From assembly GCA_965203515.1 (NCBI GenBank), contig OZ241907.1, forward strand, positions 3,264,001 through 3,328,000: a DNA stretch of 64,000 bases, written 5' to 3'. Both the position numbers and the translations under genes were made by a program. Position 1 is the first letter of the stretch; every line of letters starts with the position of its first letter. This DNA is from Spirochaetia bacterium. Its GTDB lineage: Bacteria > Spirochaetota > Spirochaetia > SZUA-6 > Bin103. The notes below the pieces were generated by a model that did not search any database, had not been told where the DNA came from, and saw only the letters and a program-made list of their open reading frames with translations. Of the stretch, positions 8,635 to 18,714 are shown in pieces.

Positions 8635-10923
8635 CCCGGCGAGCGGCCCGCGCGCGAAGCGCGTGAGGAGGGCCGGCAGCACGCTGAGGGCGCCGGCCGT
8701 GGTGGCGGCGATGGCGACGCTCAACAGCAGCCCGAAGCGTGCGACCGGAATGAAGGTCGATCCCACCAGCGCCAGCATGCCGAAGCAGATCGCCGCCGAG
8801 GTGACCAGGATCGGGCAGCCGGCGTGCGCCACCGCGGCGCGCACGGCCTGCGGCGGGTCGGCGCCGCCCGTGCGTTCGCGCTGGTACCAGACCAGCAGGT
8901 GCAGGGCGTCGTCGATGCCGATGCCGATCGCCAGGCTGGCGACCATCACCGACAGCGCGTCGAACGGCAACCCGGCGGCGGCCATCAGCGCCGCGGTCGC
9001 CATGATGCCGATCGCCAGCGGCGCCACCGCCGCCAGGCCGAGCAGGAAGGAGCGCAGCGCGACCGCGGTCAGCAGCACCACCAGCACCATGCTGGAGATG
9101 GTGGTGACGATCTGGTCGCGCCGCAGCAGCTCGGAGAGCCGCAGCGTGAACATGCTCCAGCCCCACAGCTCCGCCTGCACCTCCGGCAGCGTTTCATCCA
9201 CGGCTTGGCGGACGAAGGCGGCCAGTTCGGACATGCCGCGCTCGAACAGATAGCCGCCGGTCGAACCGTCCAGCACCCAGAGGCGGCTGGTCAGGGTCTG
9301 CCCGTCGTCGCCCAGGCCGGGACCGGAGCGGGCCTCGGCGGCCAGCGCGCTCATGCGCGCCGCCAGCTCGATGAAGGGCCGATCTGCGGCCGTCAGGGGA
9401 CCGGGAGACGCGCCGGCGGCGCGCCGCAGCGCCGCTACGCTGGTCGTGAACGACGAGACGTGGCTGACGTCGGCATGGCCGGCCAGCCGCGCTTCCAGTT
9501 CGCTCACCGCGGCCAGCACGTGCGGGTACGTGAAGTAGCGGGCCGTGTCGTCCGGCGCCTGCAGCGTGAGGTTGAGATCGATGAAGCCGCCGAACTCGCG
9601 CATGAACGCGGCGTTGGCGGCCACCGCTTCGCTCTCGCCGCGCACGTGTCCGGCGAAGTCGGTCTCGTAACGGATCGCCGGCGCCGCCGCCACGAACAGG
9701 ACCAGCACCAGCACGGCGCCGATCAGGGCCGCCTGAGGGCGTGCCGTCAGTTTCACGGCCACGCGCTGGAGGAGGGCGAGCAGGCCCCCCGCCCGGCCCG
9801 GTTTCGGCCGCAGGCGAGGCCGGCGATGGAGCTGCTGGAGGGCCGCCGGCAGCACGGTCAGGCACAGCAGCGCGCCGATGGCGACGCCGGCGGCCGAGAT
9901 CGATCCGAACTGGCGCAGCCTCGGCACGCTTGACAGCATCAGGGTGAGGAACCCGGCGATCGTGGTCGCCGCGGCCAGCGCCACCGGTCGGATCACCGCC
10001 GCCGCGGCGGCCAGCACGTCATGCGATCCGCGGCCGGAGCGGAACGCCAGATGGACGCCGTACGAGCTGGTGAGGGCGATCACCAGGATCGGCACCACCA
10101 GCGTGATGATGCCGATCGGCACGCCGGTCAGCCGCATCAGCCCGGTCGCCCAGACGGCGGCGCTGGCCGCCACCGCCACCACCGCCATCGTGACCGGCAA
10201 GCGTCCCAGCGCCACCAGCAGCGTCAGCACGAGCACGCCCACGGCCAGCAGCCCCAGGACCGGCGGGTCGCGGTGCAGCGCGGTCAGCGTGGCTTGATGC
10301 AGCGGGATCCACCCGGCCAGGGATACCTGGTAGTGCCGGCGCAGCCGGTCGAGCGCCGGCTCGATCGACGCCAGGAACCGCTGGTAGTCGGGTATCACCC
10401 GCACCGCGTACACCAGCGCCAGGGCGGCGCCGTCGGCGGCCAGCACCAGGTTGCGCGCCTCCGGGGCGTCGCGGAGCGCCGCTCGCACCGCCTCCGCCTC
10501 CGCCGCGGAGGCCGGCGCGCGGCCGTCCGCGAGCGCCGGCGCGAGCAGCAGCCGCCCCTGGTCGAGGCGGAAGGCCGGCAGATTGAGCGGCGTCACGGCG
10601 GAAACGACCAGCGGATCGGCGGAGATGGCGCGGTCCGCCTCTGCCAACGCCTGCAGACCGCTCACCGCGAACGGGTCGGCCGCGCGCAGCACCACGATCA
10701 GGTAGTTGAGGTCCTTGTCGGTCGCGCCGTAGGTGTCGAGCAGGCGCTGCGCCGCGTCGTCGCGCGGCAGCAGCCTGACCACTTCCGGGTCGATGCGCAC
10801 GCCCATGGCGGCAAGGCCGAGCGCCGCCGTGACCGCCACCCAGACGCCGATGATGATTCGGGAGCGCCGAAGAATCGCGGCGGCTGCTTGCAGGGAACGC
10901 GCGGAGGGACGGGCGGCTGTCAC
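8353..10923 (-). CDS. MMPL/RND-family membrane transporter
   Basis: Two hydrophobic TM clusters separated by extramembrane loops; IGIGIDDALH motif. The C-terminal ~94 aa overlap the GT32 gene antisense. Confidence 0.88.
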   Translation of the reverse strand: MTAARPSARSLQAAAAILRRSRIIIGVWVAVTAALGLAAMGVRIDPEVVRLLPRDDAAQRLLDTYGATDKDLNYLIVVLRAADPFAVSGLQALAEADRAISADPLVVSAVTPLNLPAFRLDQGRLLLAPALADGRAPASAAEAEAVRAALRDAPEARNLVLAADGAALALVYAVRVIPDYQRFLASIEPALDRLRRHYQVSLAGWIPLHQATLTALHRDPPVLGLLAVGVLVLTLLVALGRLPVTMAVVAVAASAAVWATGLMRLTGVPIGIITLVVPILVIALTSSYGVHLAFRSGRGSHDVLAAAAAVIRPVALAAATTIAGFLTLMLSSVPRLRQFGSISAAGVAIGALLCLTVLPAALQQLHRRPRLRPKPGRAGGLLALLQRVAVKLTARPQAALIGAVLVLVLFVAAAPAIRYETDFAGHVRGESEAVAANAAFMREFGGFIDLNLTLQAPDDTARYFTYPHVLAAVSELEARLAGHADVSHVSSFTTSVAALRRAAGASPGPLTAADRPFIELAARMSALAAEARSGPGLGDDGQTLTSRLWVLDGSTGGYLFERGMSELAAFVRQAVDETLPEVQAELWGWSMFTLRLSELLRRDQIVTTISSMVLVVLLTAVALRSFLLGLAAVAPLAIGIMATAALMAAAGLPFDALSVMVASLAIGIGIDDALHLLVWYQRERTGGADPPQAVRAAVAHAGCPILVTSAAICFGMLALVGSTFIPVARFGLLLSVAIAATTAGALSVLPALLTRFARGPLAGSAAEQPSVVDPQQPLQPRRMPRRVHQVIHERVGRSGNVRLIPQSTFEHAGRHDRHLLGTPGKRAVDRAGEEHRSGAERYRELLVEPKERRSPR

Positions 10924-10987
10924 GGTGGGAGGAACCGGAATATACTACATGCCGTCGGGGCAGGCGCTGCCTGCGGCGATCGATTGC

Positions 10988-13077
<2,090 letters not shown>

Positions 13078-13094
13078 AGCCGGCCAGAGGGCAC

Positions 13095-13135
13095 AAAAAA
13101 GGCCCCTGGGTAAAGGAGGTGAAACCCCAGGGGCC
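13095..13135 (-). terminator. Intrinsic terminator with an anti-SD loop
   Basis: GGCCCCUGGG-[GUUUCACCUCCUUUA]-CCCAGGGGCC-UUUUUU on the minus strand. Confidence 0.85.
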
Positions 13136-13170
13136 CGAAGGCGAGATGACCTTCGTGATAGGTATACAAA
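13095..13170 (-). ncRNA. Candidate small RNA (two hairpins, anti-SD loop)
   Basis: AT-rich segment, then hairpin CGAAGG-ucaucucg-CCUUCG, then the terminator hairpin with CACCUCCUU in its loop. Confidence 0.45.
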
Positions 13171-13194
13171 CGAAACAACCCGGTCACTCGCGGG

Positions 13195-14589
13195 TTACAC
13201 GTTCGGATCGCCGTTCCGCCGAAGCCGCGTCCAGGCGGAGCCGGGCCGTTTCCAGCCGCTGCCTGCCATGATGCGGAAGGTGGCGGCCAGCGCCAGCGCG
13301 TAGGCCGCGAGCACGGCGGCCGCCGCTCCGTAGCCGCCGGTGGCGACCGGCAGGTTCAGGGTCAGCAGCAGCGGGATCGCCAGGAAGAAGGTGAGCCCGG
13401 AGGCGTAGCAGTAGTCGGCGGCTGCCGGCGTGCGCAGCTCTGGGTCGACCACCCGCACCAGGGCGATGCCGGTGGTGATGGTGCCGGTCAGGCTGCCATA
13501 GAACATCAGCAGCCGTTCGAACGAGTGGTCGGCGAACAGCCGCGGGGTGATCCAGATCAGCGAGACCAGCGTCAGCGCGCCGATGAGAAGCGCGAACACC
13601 GCCAGCAGCGGCCAGTATCGCGTGATGACGCCGATGCCGATCGACGCCAACCCGGCGGCGATCATGAAGTCGACCGCGCCGCCGGCGATGCGGGTCAGCC
13701 CGCCGCCGTCGAGCAGATGCGCGGCGCCGCACCGCTCGGCGCACGCGCGTACGGCCAGAGCGGTCAGCAGTCCGAAGATGAAGGCGATGCTCCACAGGTT
13801 GGCGGCCAGCCTGGTCCCGCCCGGTCCGAGCAGGCCGAGCAGTGCGGTGATGCCGGTGAGCAGGACGTAGCTTGCCAGGTAGACGCCGAACACCGCCGCC
13901 AGCCAGAGCGACAGCGAGTCGATCGCGTCCGGCTCGGTCCGCTGCCGCGCTGCCTCCGGTCCCGGCTGCCGCGCGTCGAGCACGCCGGTGCGTCCGCCCC
14001 GGTCGGCCGGCCGCTCGATCCACCCTCGCCTGATGCCGGCGGCGATCAGCGCCACGCCGCCCACGCAGGCCAGCAGATAGCCGAGCGCGCCGAACGTGAG
14101 ACCGATGCTGCCGGCGCCGTCGAAGCCGAGCGCCTCCCAGCCGCTGCCGATCGCGAACGCCTGACCCGGCCCCAGGGACAGGCCGAGGACCGCCAGCAGG
14201 CCGAAGCCCGGAGAGAGCTCCGGCAGCAGCGCCCGCATCACCGCGAACGTGAGCAGCAGGCCGGCCAGACCCTGCAGGGTCATCTGCGACAGGATCGCCA
14301 CCGCCGATCCGGTGATCGCCCTGGCTCGCCGCCGCGCGGTGGAGCGCAGCCCGAGCGCGATGATCGCCAGGTTGAACAGGTGATAGGTGAGCTGCTCGAC
14401 GCCGCCGGTGCCGTGTCCGACCAGCGGCGCCGCCCAGTTGTAGAGCGGGAACAGCAGCGCGCCGGCGGTCAGCGCGTTGGGGATCAGGAAGCGCTGCAGG
14501 AGCCGGATGCGGGCGCGGGCGGCCGTCGCCGCCACCAGCGCCGCGCCGATCAGGCCGAAGTCGATCAGCAGCGGCCAGGAGAACGTCAG
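13195..14589 (-). CDS. Sodium/glutamate symporter (GltS/ESS-like); probable CTG start
   Basis: (M)TFSWPLLIDFG...LQRFLIPNAL, GPGQAFAIG..WE, GLTFGALGY, YGSLTGTITTGIALVRVVDP; multi-TM. Confidence 0.85.
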   Translation of the reverse strand: MTFSWPLLIDFGLIGAALVAATAARARIRLLQRFLIPNALTAGALLFPLYNWAAPLVGHGTGGVEQLTYHLFNLAIIALGLRSTARRRARAITGSAVAILSQMTLQGLAGLLLTFAVMRALLPELSPGFGLLAVLGLSLGPGQAFAIGSGWEALGFDGAGSIGLTFGALGYLLACVGGVALIAAGIRRGWIERPADRGGRTGVLDARQPGPEAARQRTEPDAIDSLSLWLAAVFGVYLASYVLLTGITALLGLLGPGGTRLAANLWSIAFIFGLLTALAVRACAERCGAAHLLDGGGLTRIAGGAVDFMIAAGLASIGIGVITRYWPLLAVFALLIGALTLVSLIWITPRLFADHSFERLLMFYGSLTGTITTGIALVRVVDPELRTPAAADYCYASGLTFFLAIPLLLTLNLPVATGGYGAAAAVLAAYALALAATFRIMAGSGWKRPGSAWTRLRRNGDPNV

Positions 14590-15689
14590 CCGGCGCGCTC
14601 CTGCGGGCGCAGGTCGTACGGCGCGTGGATCAGCGTGCGCACCCCGTTGGCGGTCACCAGCAGGTCGTCCTCGACCCGCACCCCGCCGCGCAGATCGTCG
14701 CCGTAGACGCCGGGCTCGACGGTGATCGTGTTGCCCTCTTCCAGGACGCCGTCCGGCCATGCCGGGTTGAGGTAGGGCGGTTCGTGCGGACTCAGGCCGA
14801 TGCCGTGGCCCAGGTGATGGAACATGCCGCCGGGCACGATCCGGTCCATGCGCTCGCGGGCCAGGTCGTACAGATCGATGCAGGCCGCGCCGGGCCGGGC
14901 AAGACGCTTCACCTCCGCGAGCGTCTCGACCGCCTGACGATGCGCGCGCACCTGCTCGTCGGTCGGCGCGGTCACCGCGAACACGCGCGAGGCGTCCGCG
15001 TAGTAGCCGCGGTAGTTGACGCCCAGGTCGAGGATCCACAGCTCGCCGGCGCGAGCCGGACGGCGCCGCGGCGGGCCGCCGGGCGTCCCGCACTGGAAGT
15101 CCTGCCCGAACCGCAGCGGCAGCTCGCCCGCCTCTTCCACCACCGCCGCGGACAGCTCGTTGTACAGCGCCAGCTCGTCCAGGCCCGGTTCGATGACCTG
15201 CGCGGCGCGGGCGTAGGCGGCGTCCACGCATCGCGCGGCGGCCTGGATCAGCTCGACCTCATCCGGGTCCTTGCGGCGACGCAGACGGAGCAGATCGGGC
15301 GTCACGTCGGTGAACGCGGCGTCGAGCCGCTGCAGCACGGCGGCCCCCAGCACCCCCTGATCGAGGCCCACGCGGCGCGCTCCGGCCAGCTCGGGCGCCA
15401 GCAACGCGGCGATGCCGTCCGCCTGGTCGAGGCGGATCGTCGCGTTGGATTGCGCTTCGGCGATGCGCACGTCGCCCACGGCGACGCCGTCCTCGCGCGG
15501 CTGGCTGGTGGCGAGCGCGGAGCGATCGGCGCCGATCGCTACGGCGCCCAGCGCAAACCACGGCGCCAGGCAGCCGCTGACGTAGTAGACGTGGCAGGGG
15601 TCGGTCAGCAGCAGCAGATCGAGCTCGCGGTCTTCCAGGATGGAGCGCACCCGGTCGAGGCGCCGGGCGCAGCCTTCTATGGTCAACAT
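14586..15689 (-). CDS. Xaa-Pro aminopeptidase (M24)
   Basis: LRRRKDPDEV, DLGVNYRGYYADASR, HHLGHGIGLSPHE, TVEPGVY, GVRVEDD. Confidence 0.93.
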   Translation of the reverse strand: MLTIEGCARRLDRVRSILEDRELDLLLLTDPCHVYYVSGCLAPWFALGAVAIGADRSALATSQPREDGVAVGDVRIAEAQSNATIRLDQADGIAALLAPELAGARRVGLDQGVLGAAVLQRLDAAFTDVTPDLLRLRRRKDPDEVELIQAAARCVDAAYARAAQVIEPGLDELALYNELSAAVVEEAGELPLRFGQDFQCGTPGGPPRRRPARAGELWILDLGVNYRGYYADASRVFAVTAPTDEQVRAHRQAVETLAEVKRLARPGAACIDLYDLARERMDRIVPGGMFHHLGHGIGLSPHEPPYLNPAWPDGVLEEGNTITVEPGVYGDDLRGGVRVEDDLLVTANGVRTLIHAPYDLRPQERAG

Positions 15690-15762
15690 GGCCGCGAGTC
15701 TACCGCAGCGGCGCCGGAGCCGCTTGCGTGGACCGACCGCTTTCAGGTACTTAAGGGAAGCG

Positions 15763-16515
15763 GTGGTACTCCTGATCGTGATCGGCGCCATCGTGGCGGT
15801 GGGGCTGGCGGTGTTCCTCATCGAACCCGGCGTCTTCGCGTTGGCCTACAGCCTGGTGACGCCGCTGTTCGTGCGCAATCCGCCGTTCGTGGACCTGAAT
15901 CGGGCGTTCCCGATGCACCGGCTGATCGAAGCGGCCTACCCGACCATCCGCGCCGAGGCGGAGGCGTTGCTCCGCCAACCGGAGCGGATACCGCAGTTCC
16001 ACGAGGTCGACCGGCTGCAGACGCCGATCTCCGGCAATGACGGGATACCGTGGCGCACCTTCTTCCTCAAGGGCCACGGCATCTGGCACGAGACCAACGT
16101 CAACCTGACGCCGAAGACGGTCGAGGTGCTGCGGCAGATACCGGAGGTCGACACGGCGATGCTGTCGATCCTGGGCGGCGGCAAGCACATACCGCCGCAC
16201 CGCGGGTTCTACCGAGGGGTCTACCGCTACCATCTGGGGCTGATCGTCCCGGACGACGCGCCAGTCTACATCGTCTGCGGCGGCCAGGAATACCACTGGC
16301 GGGAAGGCGAGGGCGTGTTGTTCGACGACACCTACCGGCACGAGGTGTGGAACCGGAGCCAGCACCCGCGCGTGGTGCTGTTCCTGAGCATCCTGCGCGA
16401 GGCCGACCTGCCGCGCTGGCTGCGTCCGATCAATCGGATGGTGCGTTCGATGATCCAGCGCTCGCCCAAGCTGAAGCGCGCCGGCAAGCGCGCCGAGGTG
16501 GCGATGGACCTGTGA
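15763..16515 (+). CDS. Aspartyl/asparaginyl beta-hydroxylase family (LpxO-like) 2OG-Fe(II) dioxygenase
   Basis: N-terminal TM helix; HIPPHRG, YRYHLGLIVP, WREGEGVLFDDTYRHEVWN. Start approximate. Confidence 0.88.
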   Translation: MVLLIVIGAIVAVGLAVFLIEPGVFALAYSLVTPLFVRNPPFVDLNRAFPMHRLIEAAYPTIRAEAEALLRQPERIPQFHEVDRLQTPISGNDGIPWRTFFLKGHGIWHETNVNLTPKTVEVLRQIPEVDTAMLSILGGGKHIPPHRGFYRGVYRYHLGLIVPDDAPVYIVCGGQEYHWREGEGVLFDDTYRHEVWNRSQHPRVVLFLSILREADLPRWLRPINRMVRSMIQRSPKLKRAGKRAEVAMDL

Positions 16516-16536
16516 CGGCCGGCCGGTCGGCGCGGG

Positions 16537-16848
16537 CTACCGGTCGCCGAACAGCCGCTCGGCCGCCTCACGGGCCCGATCGGCGACCGTGCTGCCGGCG
16601 ACCGTGCCGCCGGCGGCCGGACCGGAGCCGGCTCCCTCCCGTACCTTGAAGTACTCGCAGAAGTTGGCGCGGTCCTTCTGGCCCACCGGCTCGGCGATCG
16701 GTTCCCGGCACTCCATGTGCGCGGAGGTGTCGTAGAAGCGGCAGTTGAGGCAGACGTGCGCGTCCTTGCCGCAGCTCGGGCACGTGGTGGTGCGGAAGAT
16801 CTCCAGGTACGCGTCGAACGCGGCGCCGCATGCGTAGCAACTTCCCAC
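16537..16848 (-). CDS. Small Cys-rich (zinc-ribbon) hypothetical protein
   Basis: CYACG, CPSCG, CLNCRFYD, CRE, ANFCEYF. Confidence 0.8.
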   Translation of the reverse strand: MGSCYACGAAFDAYLEIFRTTTCPSCGKDAHVCLNCRFYDTSAHMECREPIAEPVGQKDRANFCEYFKVREGAGSGPAAGGTVAGSTVADRAREAAERLFGDR

Positions 16849-16946
16849 GACAGCGCGTGATGATAGCGCCGCGGCGGGCCGGTGGCAAACGGCGCCGGTC
16901 CGCCGGTCGCCTTGACCGGCATGGTCCGGTCCGGTTCGATGCGCGC

Positions 16947-17471
16947 ATGCCCAGGCGATGCGTCTACGCGGCCAGCTTCGACCCGATCACCAACGGCCAC
17001 CTGTGGGTGGTGGAGCAGGGCGAGCGGCTGTTCGACGAGCTGATCGTGGCGATCGGCACCAACCCGGACAAACGGTACGAGTTCTCCATCGAGGAGCGCC
17101 TCGGCCTGGTGCGCGCCTCGCTGGCCGATCACCCCAACGTCACGGTGGAGACCTACGAGAATCGCTTCCTGGTCGAGTACGCGCGGTCGCAAGGCGCGGA
17201 GTTCGTGCTGCGCGGCATTCGCACGGAGCTCGACTATCAGTACGAGCGGTCGATGAAGTACATCAACAGCGACCTGGACGCGGGCGTGGTCACCGTGTTC
17301 CTGATGCCCCCGCGGGAGATCGCCGAAGTGAGCTCGAGCGTGGTCAAGGGGCTGATCGGGCTCAATGGTTGGGAGGAGGTGCTGGCCAAGTACGTGCCGC
17401 CGCCGGTCCACGCCGCGTTCGTGGAGCGCTTCAGCCGGTTCGAGGCGCCGGCTCCTCCGCCGGCTCGCTGA
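16947..17471 (+). CDS. coaD: Phosphopantetheine adenylyltransferase
   Basis: YAASFDPITNGH, LRGIR...DYQYE, VSSSVVK. Confidence 0.95.
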   Translation: MPRRCVYAASFDPITNGHLWVVEQGERLFDELIVAIGTNPDKRYEFSIEERLGLVRASLADHPNVTVETYENRFLVEYARSQGAEFVLRGIRTELDYQYERSMKYINSDLDAGVVTVFLMPPREIAEVSSSVVKGLIGLNGWEEVLAKYVPPPVHAAFVERFSRFEAPAPPPAR

Positions 17472-18714
17472 GGACCGCGCGGCGGCCCAGCTCGGGGTAG
17501 CGCCACCGCACCAGCGCCAGACCGCACAATCCGGTCAGCGCGAAGCAGGCGAGCGCCGCCTGCGGCCCGATCCGCTCGGCCGCCAGGCCGAGCATGACGG
17601 TGCCGAGCGGCTGCATGCCGATCGCCAGACCGACCACCCCCAGCGAGCGCCCGCGCAGCGTCGGGGGAGCGGTGCGCAGCGTGATCAGGATCTGCATGGC
17701 CGCGAAGCCGGAGAAGCCGACGCCGCCGACCAGCAGCAACCCCACCGACAGCAGGTACGTGCCGGAGAGCGCGAACCCGCCGATGCAGGCGAACAGGGTC
17801 GCCATGCCGGCGGCGAACACCCAGCCGGGCCGGCGGGCGGCGCGGGCGGCCAGCGCAAAGGAGCCGGCCAGCGCGCCGACGCCCCACGCCGCCACCAGGA
17901 TGCCAAAGCGGAGCGCGTCGGCGGCCAGCACGTCGCGGCCGATCACCGGCACCATCTGATGGAACGGAAACGCGAAGAAGTTGGCGACCAGGGTGACCGC
18001 GACGGTCGCCTGCAGCGCCCGTCGGCCGCGAAGCGTGACCAGCGCGGCGCGGACCCGCGCGGCCGCCGTCAGCCGCTCCGCGCGGCGGACCGGCCGCGCC
18101 GTCTTGCGCCGGTCCCCCGGCAGCAGCGCGACCGACGCGGCGTGGATGGCGGCAAGCCCCGCGTAGGCGACCGCGAAGCCGCCGGTCCGCGTCAGGATAC
18201 CGGCGGCGAGCGGCCCCACGATCAGGCCGATGGTGAAGGTGACGGTATCGACCGGCACCGCGGTCGCCAGCTCGCCCTGATCGAACAGCTCGGTGTACAG
18301 CGACCGGCGGTTGGCGAAGTCGACGCTCCAGACCGCGCCGATCAGGCCGATCACCAGGTGGGCGCTCCAGGGAACGGGCGAGCCGAGCGCCAGGTAGATC
18401 GCGTAGGCGGCGACCACGGTCAGGCAGATGCTCTGCGTGGCCCGCAGCAGGCGCAGGCGCGCGACGCGGTCGGCCAGCGTGCCGCCGACGTAGCCCAACA
18501 CCAGCATCGGCAGGCCGCGGGCGGCGCCCAGCGCCGCGACCGCGGCCACCGAATCGGTCAGCTCCAGCACGAGCCACGACAGCACCACCAGCTCGTAGGC
18601 GCGGGTGGCGTACCAGAGCCCGGAGGAGGCTATGAGCCGCCGGAAGCGGGGCTTGGCAGCCAGGAGCTGCCAACCCGATACCGGCGCCGCCGGTACGGGT
18701 CCGCGATCGTTCAG
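17431..18714 (-). CDS. MFS transporter (DHA3/EntS-like); probable CTG start
   Basis: GGTLADRVARLRLL (motif A), about 12 TM segments, LRGRSLG; the frame is open upstream of 18588 through FRRLIASSGLW. Confidence 0.87.
   Translation of the reverse strand: MNDRGPVPAAPVSGWQLLAAKPRFRRLIASSGLWYATRAYELVVLSWLVLELTDSVAAVAALGAARGLPMLVLGYVGGTLADRVARLRLLRATQSICLTVVAAYAIYLALGSPVPWSAHLVIGLIGAVWSVDFANRRSLYTELFDQGELATAVPVDTVTFTIGLIVGPLAAGILTRTGGFAVAYAGLAAIHAASVALLPGDRRKTARPVRRAERLTAAARVRAALVTLRGRRALQATVAVTLVANFFAFPFHQMVPVIGRDVLAADALRFGILVAAWGVGALAGSFALAARAARRPGWVFAAGMATLFACIGGFALSGTYLLSVGLLLVGGVGFSGFAAMQILITLRTAPPTLRGRSLGVVGLAIGMQPLGTVMLGLAAERIGPQAALACFALTGLCGLALVRWRYPELGRRAVLSEPAEEPAPRTG

Noticed and set aside
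13111..13125. 16S rRNA 3'-end fragment
   Set aside because: Only the short anti-SD core matches; the flanks are not rRNA helix 45 sequence.
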